A stretch of 64,000 nt of DNA from the NCBI GenBank assembly GCA_001783715.1, contig MFNF01000001.1, positions 58,393-122,392 of the forward strand, written 5' to 3'. The position numbers and the translations under genes were made by a program. Source of the DNA: Candidatus Lambdaproteobacteria bacterium RIFOXYD2_FULL_56_26. GTDB taxonomy: Bacteria > SAR324 > XYD2-FULL-50-16. Under the pieces are notes generated by a model. The model made no database searches, had not been told where the DNA came from, and saw only the letters and a program-made list of their open reading frames with translations. This document shows positions 17,483 through 27,341 of the stretch, one piece after another (position 1 is the stretch's first letter; every line of letters starts with the position of its first letter).

Positions 17483-17785
17483 ATGGGCTTTGAAGGGGAA
17501 TTTGTCCCGGTGGACGAAGAGGTCCTCAAACGGGAGAAGGCCAAGGCCAGAGAACTGCGCCAGTCCCAGTGGTGGAAAAATCTCCGTGGCCAAGGGGTCT
17601 GCTACTACTGCAAAAAAAAGGTGCATCCCTCCGAGTTGACCTTGGACCACAAGATCCCGCTCAGTCGGGGCGGCAAGTCGGTCAAGGGCAATCTGGTTGC
17701 CGCCTGCAAGGAATGTAACAACAAAAAAAAATACCTGCTCCCGGTAGAGTGGGAAGACTTTGTCCAAGGCAAGCTCAATGACTAA
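17483..17785 (+). CDS. Small HNH endonuclease
   Basis: CYYC...LDHKIPLSRGG...NLVAACKECN. Confidence 0.9.
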   Translation: MGFEGEFVPVDEEVLKREKAKARELRQSQWWKNLRGQGVCYYCKKKVHPSELTLDHKIPLSRGGKSVKGNLVAACKECNNKKKYLLPVEWEDFVQGKLND

Positions 17786-18704
17786 GCTCCAAAACCTGCC
17801 CCGCCCCTTGATGGCCTTGGCCCCCATGGACGGGGTGACCGACCGAGCCTTCCGGCAGATTGTGCGCAAGCTCAATCCTGGGGTGTTGCTGTATTCAGAG
17901 TTCACCAACGTCAACGGGATCGTCCATTCCTCCAAGGTGCGGGAAAGGCTGCTCTTTGAGGGGGCCGAGCTGCCTTATGTGGTGCAGATCTTTGGCCGGG
18001 ACCCGTTGCTGTTTGCCCAAATTGCCCGGGAAGTCCAGGACCTGGGGATCACCGGCATCGACATCAACCTGGGCTGCCCCTCCAAGCGGGTGGTCAGTGG
18101 CGGGAACGGTGCGGCCTTGATCAAGGAACCGGACTTGGCTTTTGCGATTGTTGAAGCGACTGCAAAGGCTACGGCCCTGCCGGTGACGGTCAAAACCCGG
18201 CTGGGCTGGGCGGATGCCTCGACCCTGGTGGGCTTCGCCAAAGGGCTGGAATCCGCCGGGGCTAGCCTGATCACCGTCCATGGCCGGACCGCCAAGATGG
18301 CCTACCGAGGGGAAGCGGACTGGGAACCTATTTATGAGCTCAAGAAGGAACTGAAGATTCCGGTCCTGGGCAACGGTGACCTAAGGTCTCTGGAACAAGG
18401 AATGGAGCAGCTCAAGGACCTGGATGGCTTTATGATAGGCCGGGCGGCAGTGGGCAACCCTTGGGTCTTTTGGCCCCAGGAGCAACGAGATAAATTGACC
18501 CTCAAAGACAAGGTGGACGTGATGTTGGAGCATTTTACCCTGCTGAGACGTTACCAGTCGGAACACAAAACCCTGGTGGAGTTCCGCAAACACCTGGGCG
18601 GTTATCTGAGCGGCTTTCGGGATGCCAAGGCCCTGCGCCGGGAATTGATGGAAACCCAAACGGAACAAGACTTCACCTTAGCAGCCCTGAGGCTGGCCTC
18701 ATGA
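17778..18704 (+). CDS. dusB: tRNA-dihydrouridine synthase (DusB-like)
   Basis: LAPMDG, DINLGCP, VKTRLG, HGRT, GNGD, IGRAAVGNPW. Confidence 0.88.
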   Translation: MTKLQNLPRPLMALAPMDGVTDRAFRQIVRKLNPGVLLYSEFTNVNGIVHSSKVRERLLFEGAELPYVVQIFGRDPLLFAQIAREVQDLGITGIDINLGCPSKRVVSGGNGAALIKEPDLAFAIVEATAKATALPVTVKTRLGWADASTLVGFAKGLESAGASLITVHGRTAKMAYRGEADWEPIYELKKELKIPVLGNGDLRSLEQGMEQLKDLDGFMIGRAAVGNPWVFWPQEQRDKLTLKDKVDVMLEHFTLLRRYQSEHKTLVEFRKHLGGYLSGFRDAKALRRELMETQTEQDFTLAALRLAS

Positions 18705-19882
18705 GCGAATCGGACCTGTACCTCCGCCGAGGGGTTTCCTCGGCGAAAACCGAAGTGCACCAAGCGATTGCGGGCATGGACAAGGGGCTCTATCCGGGGG
18801 CCTTTGCCCAGGTCCTGCCCGACCTGATCGGCGGGGACCGGGATTTCTGTTTTATGATGCACGCCGATGGCGCTGGGACCAAGTCCTCTCTGGCCTACCT
18901 GTACTGGAAGGAAACCGGTGACCTTTCGGTGTTTCGGGGCATTGCCCAAGACTCCCTGGTGATGAACCTGGACGACCTCGCCTGTGTGGGGGCGCTGGAC
19001 GGTTTTGTGCTGTCGAATACCATAGGGCGCAACAAACTTCTGGTCCCCGGAGAGGTGATCAAAGAGGTGATCTTGGGTTACCAGGAACAGGTGGAGCTTT
19101 TGGCCCAAGAAGGCATCGGGATGGTCATGGCCGGAGGGGAAACCGCCGACCTGGGGGACTTGGTGCGCACCTTGGTGGTGGATTCCACCTTGGCGGTGCG
19201 GCTCAAACGGTCCCAGGTGATCGACCTGAGCCGGGTTCGCCCTGGAGATGTGATCGTCTCTTTTGCCAGTTTCGGCCAAGCGAGGTGGGAGCGGACCTAC
19301 AATTCGGGGATCGGCAGCAATGGCTTGACTGCGGCTAGGCACGACAGCCTGGACAAAAGTTATGCCGACCGTTACCCGGAAACCTATGCCCCCGAAGTGC
19401 CCCGGAACTTGGTTTACATCGGCCCCGGCAAACTGACCGACCCGCTCGAAGGCACCCCGCTCAACCTGGGCCAAGCCCTGCTTTCCCCGACCCGAACCTA
19501 CGCCCCTTTGATCAAAAAACTGGTGGCCGCCTTTGGTGGCGAGCTGCACGGCCTGATCCACTGCTCCGGCGGCGGGCAGACCAAGTGCCTCAAGTTTGGC
19601 CAGGGGATTCACTACCACAAGGACCAACTGTTTGACCTGCCCCCGGTGTTTGCTTGGATCCAAAAGCACAACCGCTACAGCCTCAAGCAGATGTTACCGG
19701 TGTACAACCTGGGGGCCCGGATGGAGGCGATCCTGCCCGGCTCTTTGGCCCAAGAAGCGGTGGAACTCTCCCGGTCTTTGGGGATTGAGGCCCGGATTTC
19801 GGGACGGCTGGAAGCCTCGGGCAGTAAGGGCAACCGTCTGACCGTCAAGCACCAAGGGGAGGAGCTTCACTTTGAAGCCTAG
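18701..19882 (+). CDS. purM: Phosphoribosylformylglycinamidine cyclo-ligase (AIR synthase), atypical long subtype
   Basis: HADGAGTK, MNLDD, GGETAD, GSNG, LLSPTRTY, HCSGGG. Confidence 0.88.
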   Translation: MSESDLYLRRGVSSAKTEVHQAIAGMDKGLYPGAFAQVLPDLIGGDRDFCFMMHADGAGTKSSLAYLYWKETGDLSVFRGIAQDSLVMNLDDLACVGALDGFVLSNTIGRNKLLVPGEVIKEVILGYQEQVELLAQEGIGMVMAGGETADLGDLVRTLVVDSTLAVRLKRSQVIDLSRVRPGDVIVSFASFGQARWERTYNSGIGSNGLTAARHDSLDKSYADRYPETYAPEVPRNLVYIGPGKLTDPLEGTPLNLGQALLSPTRTYAPLIKKLVAAFGGELHGLIHCSGGGQTKCLKFGQGIHYHKDQLFDLPPVFAWIQKHNRYSLKQMLPVYNLGARMEAILPGSLAQEAVELSRSLGIEARISGRLEASGSKGNRLTVKHQGEELHFEA

Positions 19883-20444
19883 TTTGCTGAGCCCAAGCCA
19901 GAAGACCAAGCTGTTGGTTTTGGCCAGAAAGGCGCTGGAAAAGCGGTTGCTGCACCGGGACTACGACCCGCAAGCCTACCATGACCCAGGGTTTGAGGAA
20001 AAACGAGGCTGTTTTGTGACACTCAAGGACCAAGGGGAATTGCGAGGTTGCATCGGCCAGATTAACACCAAGACGACCTTGGCCAAACTGGTGCCCCAAA
20101 TGGCGGTAGCGGCGGCTTTGGAAGACCCGAGGTTTGAGCCGGTTCGGCCTGCCGAATTGAGCGGGTTGACCTTGGAGGTTTCGGTATTGACCCTGCCCCA
20201 GCCAGTGGCAACAGGGCCGATCCAAAAACAAATGGAACAGCTCCGGCCTATGGTGGACGGAGTGATCTTGGAAGCCCAAGGGCACCAAGCCACTTTTTTG
20301 CCCCAGGTGTGGGAGCAACTGCACAGCAAGGAAGAATTTTTAACCGCACTCTGCCAAAAGGCCCACCTGCCGGGAGATTACTGGCGGCAAGGGGACCTGA
20401 AACTGTTCACCTACCAAGCCCAACACTTCGAGGAAGCAACATGA
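19872..20444 (+). CDS. amrA: AMMECR1-domain protein (AmmeMemoRadiSam protein A)
   Basis: FVTL...LRGCIG, DPRF, EVSVLT, ATFLPQVW. Confidence 0.9.
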   Translation: MKPSLLSPSQKTKLLVLARKALEKRLLHRDYDPQAYHDPGFEEKRGCFVTLKDQGELRGCIGQINTKTTLAKLVPQMAVAAALEDPRFEPVRPAELSGLTLEVSVLTLPQPVATGPIQKQMEQLRPMVDGVILEAQGHQATFLPQVWEQLHSKEEFLTALCQKAHLPGDYWRQGDLKLFTYQAQHFEEAT

Positions 20445-21478
20445 CCGCAACCAACGACCTTTTGATCCGAGCGGCCTTTAAACAGCCCATTGAGCGTACC
20501 CCGGTTTGGGTGATGCGCCAAGCGGGGCGTTACCTCTCCGAATACCGGGCGACCCGGGCCAAGGCGGGGAGCTTTTTGGAGCTCTGCAAAAACGTGGAGT
20601 TGGCCGCCGAGGTCACGATTCAGCCCTTGGACCTGATCGAGGTGGACGCAGTGATCCTCTTTTCGGACATCCTGACCCCCTTGGAAGGCATGGGCCTGGA
20701 GCTGAGCTTCGACCCGAGCCCCAAGTTCGCCAATCCGATCCGCACCCAAGCGGACATTGAGGCCCTCCGGGTGCCCGACCCGGACCAGGGGACCCCTTAT
20801 GTGGGCAAGATCTTGAACCTCCTGCAAAAAGAAGTGGCGGGCCGGGTGCCGATCATCGGCTTTGCAGGGGCACCCTTTACCCTGGCCTGTTATGCCATTG
20901 AAGGAGAGGGGAGCAAGCTGTTCTCCAAGACCAAGGCCCTCTTTTTTGACCAGCCTGCCTTGGCCCACAAGCTGATGGAAAAACTGACCCAAATGACGAT
21001 CAACTACCTCAATTACCAGATCGAAAATGGGGCCCAGATGGTCCAGCTCTTTGACACCTGGGCAGGCAGCCTTTGTCCCGACGACTACGACCGGTTTGTG
21101 TTCCCCTATGTCCAACGGATTTTTGCGGGGATCAAACAGCCTGGAAAGGTGCCTAAGGTTTATTATATCAACGGCGGGTCCCATCTTTTGACCCGGATGG
21201 CCAGGACCGGCTGCGACGTGGTCGGGCTTGATTGGATGAGCGACCTCAAGGAAGCCAAAGACCTGATCGGCGGGCAAGTGGGCCTGCAAGGCAACCTGGA
21301 CCCCAACGTCCTGTTTGCCGGGGAAGACTATATCCGCTCCCAGGTCAAATCGATCCTGGAAAAATGGGGTCCCCAGTCCGGCCACATCTTTAACTTGGGG
21401 CACGGCATCGACAAGGACGTTAACCCGGATCACTTGAGGGCGATGGTGCGGGCGGTCAAGGAACTTTCCAAAAGGTAG
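20441..21478 (+). CDS. hemE: Uroporphyrinogen decarboxylase
   Basis: PVWVMRQAGRYL, FSDIL, GFAGAPFT, QGNLDP, FNLGHG. Confidence 0.97.
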   Translation: MTATNDLLIRAAFKQPIERTPVWVMRQAGRYLSEYRATRAKAGSFLELCKNVELAAEVTIQPLDLIEVDAVILFSDILTPLEGMGLELSFDPSPKFANPIRTQADIEALRVPDPDQGTPYVGKILNLLQKEVAGRVPIIGFAGAPFTLACYAIEGEGSKLFSKTKALFFDQPALAHKLMEKLTQMTINYLNYQIENGAQMVQLFDTWAGSLCPDDYDRFVFPYVQRIFAGIKQPGKVPKVYYINGGSHLLTRMARTGCDVVGLDWMSDLKEAKDLIGGQVGLQGNLDPNVLFAGEDYIRSQVKSILEKWGPQSGHIFNLGHGIDKDVNPDHLRAMVRAVKELSKR

Positions 21479-21481
21479 CCT

Positions 21482-22723
21482 GTGGGTCTGATGGACCTGG
21501 TTTATTTGTTGCCGATGCTGGTTTGCAGCCCCTGTTTGGGGCTGGGGGCGCTGTTTGTGCCCAAGGTTCGCCAAGCTCTCTTGCGGCAGTTTTTTTCTTG
21601 GCCTCCCCGTTTGCCCAGGGCGGCCCAGGGGCGGGTTTGGTTCCATTCCGCTTCGGTAGGCGAGATGGCCTTGGCGCTACGTTTGGCCAGAGCCCTTGAG
21701 GCCCGAAGACCGGGCTTGGAAACGGTTTTGACCACCAACACCCCGACCGCCTTGGCCATGGCCCAGGCCCAGGGGCAACCGGTGTTTTACAAGCCCTTTG
21801 ACTTCAGCCTCTTTGCCTCTTTGCTGCTGGGCCGACTCCAGCCCAATCTGCTGGTGCTGGTGGAAACCGAGCTTTGGCCCAACCTGACTCGGGTGGTGTC
21901 CCGGAAAATCCCGATGGTCCTGGTCAACGGCAGGTTGAGCGACCAGCATTTTGAGAGCTACCGGAAATTTCGTTTCCTCTTTGCCCCGCTCCTGGGGCGG
22001 ATCAGCCGGATCTTGGCCGGAGACGCTACTTCCGCCCAGCGGTTTGGGGCCTTGGGGGCCAAGGTGGAACTTTTGGGTAACCTCAAATGGGGTTCAACCG
22101 CCGCCCCGGACCCGGTCTTGGTCCAACGGCTTCGGGAACAATTGGGCTTGCAGCCCGATGAATTTGTGTTTGTCGCCGGTTCGCTCCAGCCGGAAGAGCT
22201 GGCGGTGCTGGTCCCCGCAGGCCTCAAGATGGCCCAAGGGCACCCCAAGTTTCGGGCCTTGTTGGTCCCCAGGCACCCGGACAAACGGGCAGAGTTTGTG
22301 GCCCAATCCCAGGCTTTGGGCGTAGAGTTGTCCCTGACCTCCCAAGGAAGTTGCCTGGGGGCCCAATGGGTCTTGGCCGATCAGATGGGGCTGTTGACCG
22401 CCTTGTACTCTCTGGCCAGCTTTGTTTTTGTAGGTGGCTCCTTTTGCAACCGTGGGGGGCAAAACATGATCGAGCCGGTGGGGTTGGGCAAACCTACGGT
22501 GGTAGGCCCTTATACCGCCAACTTTGCCGAGCCGGTCGCACTTTTGAGTGCCGCCCAGGGGTTGGCGGTAGTGCAGGACGCAGACGCTTTAGTGGCTCTT
22601 TCGCAATCCCCCTCCGCCCTTGAATCTTTGGGGTCCAATGGACTCCACCGGCTGCAAAGGGAAGAGGGGGCTTGGACCCGTACAATTGAGGTTTTGGATG
22701 AAGTTTTGGGGCCTTTGGTTTAG
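21482..22723 (+). CDS. waaA: 3-deoxy-D-manno-octulosonic acid (Kdo) transferase
   Basis: WFHSASVGE, ETELWPN, NGRLS, GNLK, PRHP, FVGGS...GGQN.IEP. Confidence 0.93.
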   Translation: MGLMDLVYLLPMLVCSPCLGLGALFVPKVRQALLRQFFSWPPRLPRAAQGRVWFHSASVGEMALALRLARALEARRPGLETVLTTNTPTALAMAQAQGQPVFYKPFDFSLFASLLLGRLQPNLLVLVETELWPNLTRVVSRKIPMVLVNGRLSDQHFESYRKFRFLFAPLLGRISRILAGDATSAQRFGALGAKVELLGNLKWGSTAAPDPVLVQRLREQLGLQPDEFVFVAGSLQPEELAVLVPAGLKMAQGHPKFRALLVPRHPDKRAEFVAQSQALGVELSLTSQGSCLGAQWVLADQMGLLTALYSLASFVFVGGSFCNRGGQNMIEPVGLGKPTVVGPYTANFAEPVALLSAAQGLAVVQDADALVALSQSPSALESLGSNGLHRLQREEGAWTRTIEVLDEVLGPLV

Positions 22724-23426
22724 TGGTTGTTGGGTCTGCCTGAGCGGCATCGCCTTGGGTGCCGAGGGGGTCAAGATCGACCCGGCTTTGTCGGGACCCG
22801 AATATGCCCAGATCAAACCTTTTGTGATCGACAAGACCGAGGTGACCCTCGGCGAATTGATCCACTACCGGCAGGCAAACAAGTTTAAGCTGGTGCCTGA
22901 CTACCAACACAAGTTCCCTTCCGACCTGAGTATGCCCGCCAATCTGGTGGACTGGTTCGAGGCGGCTGCCTACTGCCGGACTTTGGGCAAACGGCTGCCG
23001 ACCCGGCAGGAGTGGGAGTTGGCCGCCGGAGTCAACCGCACCTATCCCTGGGGCGAGGCTCCTTTGGATGGTACTAGGGCCAACCTGTGCGACAAAAACT
23101 GCAAAACCCCTTGGTCCTTATGGCGGATCAGCGACGGCTACGAACGGCAAGCCCCGGTGGGCAGCTATCCCTTGGGAGCCACCCCTGAGGGACTCCTGGA
23201 CATGGCCGGAAACCTGTGGGAATGGACCGCCACCAAGGTGGACGGGACTTGGTTGGCTTATAAGGACAAGGACCAGGACCGGGACGATTTTATGGCCGAG
23301 GTAATCATCAAGGGAGGGTCCTACGGCAGCAACCCCGAGCAGCTCAAAAACAAGGAATTCGCCAAAAGCCCCACCAACTTCCAGGCCAGCCATGTGGGCT
23401 TTCGTTGTGTTGGAGAGGTCCAGTGA
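22698..23426 (+). CDS. Exported FGE-sulfatase (SUMF1/formylglycine-generating enzyme-like) domain protein
   Basis: IDKTEVT, KRLPT..EWE, YPWG, DMAGNLWEW, KGGS, VGFRC. Confidence 0.88.
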   Translation: MKFWGLWFSGCWVCLSGIALGAEGVKIDPALSGPEYAQIKPFVIDKTEVTLGELIHYRQANKFKLVPDYQHKFPSDLSMPANLVDWFEAAAYCRTLGKRLPTRQEWELAAGVNRTYPWGEAPLDGTRANLCDKNCKTPWSLWRISDGYERQAPVGSYPLGATPEGLLDMAGNLWEWTATKVDGTWLAYKDKDQDRDDFMAEVIIKGGSYGSNPEQLKNKEFAKSPTNFQASHVGFRCVGEVQ

Positions 23427-24181
23427 ACCAAACCCAGTTGGTGGAGCGGATCAACCAAAAGCTCGCCATCGATACAGTCCCGGACCATTATTGCCCCAAT
23501 GGGCTCCAGGTCGAGGGGGACGGCAGATTGGTCAAGAAAGTGGCCCTGGCGGTGAGCATTGGTCTGGAGGTGATCGAGCAGGCCAACCATTGGGGGGCAG
23601 AACTGTTGGTTACCCACCACGGGCTGTTTTGGAAGCACCAGAGCCAGACGGTGACCGGGCCAATGGCAAAAAAGCTTAAGGCTCTGCTGGGGACTGGATT
23701 GGCTTCGGCCAGCTACCATCTGCCTTTGGACTTTCACCCCGAACTGGGCAACAACATCCAGCTGGCCAAGCTTTTGGGGCTGACCGAGATCCGGTTTTTG
23801 GCCCCCAAAGGGGAGATCAATTCTATGGTCATGGGCCGTCCGGCGCAATCTACCATCGAGGCATTGGGGGCACAAATCGAGGCCCTGCTGGGGGCCAAGC
23901 CCCTGGTACTCAACTTTGGGCCACAGAAGATCGAACGGTTGGTGATTTGTTCGGGCGGAGCCCAGTCCGGTTTTGTTCCGGCCATCGCCCTGGGAGCCCA
24001 AGCCTACCTGACCGGGGAGGCCTCAGAGTACGTTTTTGGGGAAGCCAAGGAAAACGGGGTTCATTACCTTGCGGCCGGTCACTACAAAACCGAGCGGTTG
24101 GGAATCCTGGCCTTGGGGGACTGGTTGGCCCAGGAATTCAAACTGGACTGCCGGTTTTTTGAGGTAGAAAACCCGATCTGA
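23423..24181 (+). CDS. Nif3/YbgI-like dinuclear metal center protein
   Basis: NGLQVEG, THHG, YHLPLD.HPELGNN, TGE, AGHY.TE. Confidence 0.92.
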   Translation: MNQTQLVERINQKLAIDTVPDHYCPNGLQVEGDGRLVKKVALAVSIGLEVIEQANHWGAELLVTHHGLFWKHQSQTVTGPMAKKLKALLGTGLASASYHLPLDFHPELGNNIQLAKLLGLTEIRFLAPKGEINSMVMGRPAQSTIEALGAQIEALLGAKPLVLNFGPQKIERLVICSGGAQSGFVPAIALGAQAYLTGEASEYVFGEAKENGVHYLAAGHYKTERLGILALGDWLAQEFKLDCRFFEVENPI

Positions 24182-24488
24182 ACTGGGCCACCAAGGCCCT
24201 CGCCTGGGCCAGCACCTCGGAAATTTGGGATTTTTCCAGCCCTTCGTAATGGATCCCGGCCAGTACCGCCACGTTCCCCGGCAAGAAGGACCGCAACTCC
24301 AGGGCCAGCTCTTGGGCAATCGGGCCTTCCTTGTGGGGGGGCTGAACCAGCGCCGTTCCCGCAAAGGCCACCGCCCCCAGGTGCCGTTCTCCGCCGCCCA
24401 AAAAGGCCACAAAATCACGACCCCACTGATAAACCTGGAGATCGACCTGCCAAGGCAAGGGACCTGTTGCCTGAAATACCTGTTCCAC
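24138..24488 (-). CDS. Small LpdD-like (prenylated-flavin chaperone-like) protein
   Basis: GRD......GGG..HLGAVA, HKE, AGIHY pattern; GTG start inferred from gagg RBS. Confidence 0.55.
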   Translation of the reverse strand: MEQVFQATGPLPWQVDLQVYQWGRDFVAFLGGGERHLGAVAFAGTALVQPPHKEGPIAQELALELRSFLPGNVAVLAGIHYEGLEKSQISEVLAQARALVAQFRSGFLPQKTGSPV

Positions 24489-24533
24489 AAGACCTCTCTT
24501 GACCCAGTCTGGGGCAGTCTCTATCCTCAAGGG

Positions 24534-25166
24534 ATGAACCGATCCAACCTCAGCATAAACTCTTTGCAATCTTACGCCACCTTATTGCGGCGAACGCTGC
24601 TCAAGGGATGTGAGATTGAGGGCCTGCTCAAGCTGCACGAAAGCCAACAAGAGATGGTAGAAAGGCTGACCCCCCTGGTCAAGGGGAAGAAGCTACACCC
24701 TGCCGACGGGTTCGCTTGGGGGTTCATCAAAGAGGTGAAGATCCTGCGGCCCGACTTCAAACCAGAAGCGGCCCGGCTTCGGCCCAGAGGGGCCGGGGTG
24801 TTCCAGGACTTTACCGCCAGGGTGATCCGGGTGCAGGAGAAATACTTTCCCGAGCTGGAGGAACGGCCCAAGGTGCGCTGGTTGGCCAAGTTTACGGTCC
24901 GAAAGCTGGCCCATTACAACCTGACTCGTGACGAAGTGGCCTTTTCCCTGATCTTTGACCGGCTGGACGCACCCAAGGAGATCCTGGACTATTTGGCCTT
25001 CCACGAATTGCTCCACAAGGTGGTGGGGCTCAAGCGGGAGAAGGGGCGGATGATGGCCCACACCCCGGAATTCAAGGCTTTGGAACGCAACTACCCGGAC
25101 TTTGCCCAGATGGACCCCAAGATCACCGCCTACATCCAAAGCCAGCAAACCCCGGAGCCCAGATGA
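24534..25166 (+). CDS. YgjP/SprT-like zinc metalloprotein
   Basis: LDYLAFHELLH HExxH motif followed by H..EF. Confidence 0.7.
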   Translation: MNRSNLSINSLQSYATLLRRTLLKGCEIEGLLKLHESQQEMVERLTPLVKGKKLHPADGFAWGFIKEVKILRPDFKPEAARLRPRGAGVFQDFTARVIRVQEKYFPELEERPKVRWLAKFTVRKLAHYNLTRDEVAFSLIFDRLDAPKEILDYLAFHELLHKVVGLKREKGRMMAHTPEFKALERNYPDFAQMDPKITAYIQSQQTPEPR

Positions 25167-26281
25167 TCCTGGCGATTGAGACCTCCTGCGACGATTCGGC
25201 CCTGGCCTTGATTGGGCGGCAAGGAGAGGTGGTTTATGAATCCCTGTCCTCCCAGGTGGATTTCCACGGCAAGTATGGCGGCGTGGTCCCGGAAATCGCT
25301 TCCAGACGGCACCTGTTGACCTTGCCCCTGCTCTTTGAGGAACTCAAGGCGGCTCGGGGGCTCAAGGCGGAAGAGATTCGGGCCATTGCGGTCACCCAGG
25401 CCCCCGGTCTGGTGGGCTCAATCCTGGTGGGGCTCAGTTGGGCCAAGGCTCTGGCCTGGGCTTGGGACAAGCCTTTGGTGGCGGTGGACCACCTGGAAGG
25501 CCACCTCTTGGCCGCCAGACTGGACCACCCGGAACTGGAGTTCCCTTTTCTTTCCCTGATTGCCTCGGGTGGGCATACCCATTTGGTCTTGGCCGAAGGG
25601 CTGGGGCGGTACCGGCTGCTGGGCAAAACCCTGGACGATGCCCTGGGCGAAGCCTACGACAAGGTGGCCAAGCTGTTGGGCTTTGAATACCCCGGCGGAC
25701 CAATCTTGGACAAAATCGCCAACAGCTCCAAAACTGCGAGCACCCAGTTCACCTTACCACTGCAAAAACACAAGACCCTCAACTTCAGCTTTTCGGGGAT
25801 CAAAACCGCAGTGCTCAACGAAGCGATAGCCCGCAATTTGAGGGTAGAAAATTTGCGGCTCCTTGGGTACTCTGACTTTCAGGCCCTACCGGAACCCAGC
25901 CGACTGGCGATTGCCGATCTGGTGAACAGTTTCCAAACCACCGCCGCCAAGATCGTGGTCCAGCGGTTTGAACAGGCCCTGGCCAAGGTTTCGGTCCAAA
26001 GAATCTCCCTGACCGGAGGGGTGGCGGCCAACAGTGCCTTGAGGCAGGCCCTAGGGGAATTGGCCCAAAAACGGGGACTGGAGTTTTATTGCCCCTTGCC
26101 CAAACATTGTACCGACAATGCCGCCATGATCGGTCAGGTCGCCTTTGAATACCTCAAGCTCGGGACCGGGGTGCACCCCAACCCCCTGAGTCTGGGGGCC
26201 AGCCCGAAAAGCCCAATGGGCCTGATGGAACTTGACTTAGGAGAGTCCTTAGATGTTAAAAAAGTTGATCCCCGTCCTTGA
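25163..26281 (+). CDS. tsaD: tRNA N6-threonylcarbamoyltransferase TsaD
   Basis: IETSCDD, GGVVPEIASR.H, HLEGH, SGGHT, DDALGEAYDK, FSFSGIKT, TDNAAMI. Confidence 0.97.
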   Translation: MILAIETSCDDSALALIGRQGEVVYESLSSQVDFHGKYGGVVPEIASRRHLLTLPLLFEELKAARGLKAEEIRAIAVTQAPGLVGSILVGLSWAKALAWAWDKPLVAVDHLEGHLLAARLDHPELEFPFLSLIASGGHTHLVLAEGLGRYRLLGKTLDDALGEAYDKVAKLLGFEYPGGPILDKIANSSKTASTQFTLPLQKHKTLNFSFSGIKTAVLNEAIARNLRVENLRLLGYSDFQALPEPSRLAIADLVNSFQTTAAKIVVQRFEQALAKVSVQRISLTGGVAANSALRQALGELAQKRGLEFYCPLPKHCTDNAAMIGQVAFEYLKLGTGVHPNPLSLGASPKSPMGLMELDLGESLDVKKVDPRP

Positions 26282-27341
26282 ACGTTTGGCCCGGTTGGAC
26301 CCCCAAAAAACCTGGGGGATTCCGTTGGTGCTGGCCGGGGCGCTGGGGCTTTTGCTTTTGGGCAACCTCTTGTTTGTCGGCTCCAAGAACCCTGGGGAGA
26401 ACCTGACCCAAACCACCCTCAAGGCCGTCGCCACCGAAGATTCACAGGCCCAAACCCCCGAAGAGGACCAAGTGGACCCCCTGCCCCAACGGCCCGAGCC
26501 CGACCTGTGGCCGACCCGCATCTTTGAGGTGAAACCTGGGCTTTGGCGGTTGCAGGGCCGGGACTATGTTTATACCGAACAAAACCTCCCCCACATCCTG
26601 GCGGTGATGCGCCAACGGAGGCTCTTCCTGCCTTTGGCTTCGGAGCAGCCGGGGCATTTGGATTGGGCCTTGGAATCGGAGCTGAAGCTTTCGGTATCCC
26701 GCAAAAGCAACCAGTCCCAAGGCAACCTGAGTTTTGATCGCTCCCGGCAGCTGCGCTACGCCTTGCAGGTGGCTTCGGTGCCCCAGGAGGAGGTTGTTCC
26801 CTTGGTGGTTTTGGCGGCCAAATTGATGGAGGCCGGTTATTATTCCTATCTCTACGCCAGCGAACAAACCAAGCCGACCGACCAGGGGAACCAGCGGTTC
26901 TTCCAACTGCGGATCGGTTATTATGCCGCCGAACATGAGGTGCTGGACCTGGCCGAAGAACTGAAAGCCAAATTCCCGGCGGAGCCTTTGTTGCAGGCCC
27001 GGCTCTGGCCGGTGTTGCCCAGCGCCGAAGAGGTGGACTCCGAGTTGGTCAACTTCCGGGTCCAAAAAAACCAGCCTTGGGGTATCGAACTGGGTGCTTA
27101 CCGGGACCGGGGCCAAGCGATGCAGGAGATGGCCAGCCTGGGACCGGAGCTGAACTTTTTGTACCTCTCCCAGGCCAAGTCGGAAGGCAAGTGGCTGTAC
27201 CGCCTCTTTGGGGGATTTTATGTCGGCCAAACCGAAGCGCAAAAGGGGCTGGACCTGTTGCGGAAAAAAACCGGACTTTCTTTGGCCGGGGCTCGGCTGG
27301 TGTCCCGGAAGTTTAAGGTCCAACCGGAGAGCAGTAAATAG
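26253..27341 (+). CDS. Membrane-anchored protein with SPOR-like domains
   Basis: N-terminal TM; YALQVAS...FQLRIGYY and WGIELGAY...YRLFGGF repeats resemble SPOR. Confidence 0.6.
   Translation: MLKKLIPVLERLARLDPQKTWGIPLVLAGALGLLLLGNLLFVGSKNPGENLTQTTLKAVATEDSQAQTPEEDQVDPLPQRPEPDLWPTRIFEVKPGLWRLQGRDYVYTEQNLPHILAVMRQRRLFLPLASEQPGHLDWALESELKLSVSRKSNQSQGNLSFDRSRQLRYALQVASVPQEEVVPLVVLAAKLMEAGYYSYLYASEQTKPTDQGNQRFFQLRIGYYAAEHEVLDLAEELKAKFPAEPLLQARLWPVLPSAEEVDSELVNFRVQKNQPWGIELGAYRDRGQAMQEMASLGPELNFLYLSQAKSEGKWLYRLFGGFYVGQTEAQKGLDLLRKKTGLSLAGARLVSRKFKVQPESSK

Noticed and set aside
17483-17785. HNH gene as a homing endonuclease or defence system
   Set aside because: Small stand-alone HNH overlapping dus, with no intron, methyltransferase or mobile context
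22698-23426. FGE-sulfatase (CLec-fold) protein as a DGR target
   Set aside because: No template repeat of its 3' end and no RT seen; it lies in a housekeeping run
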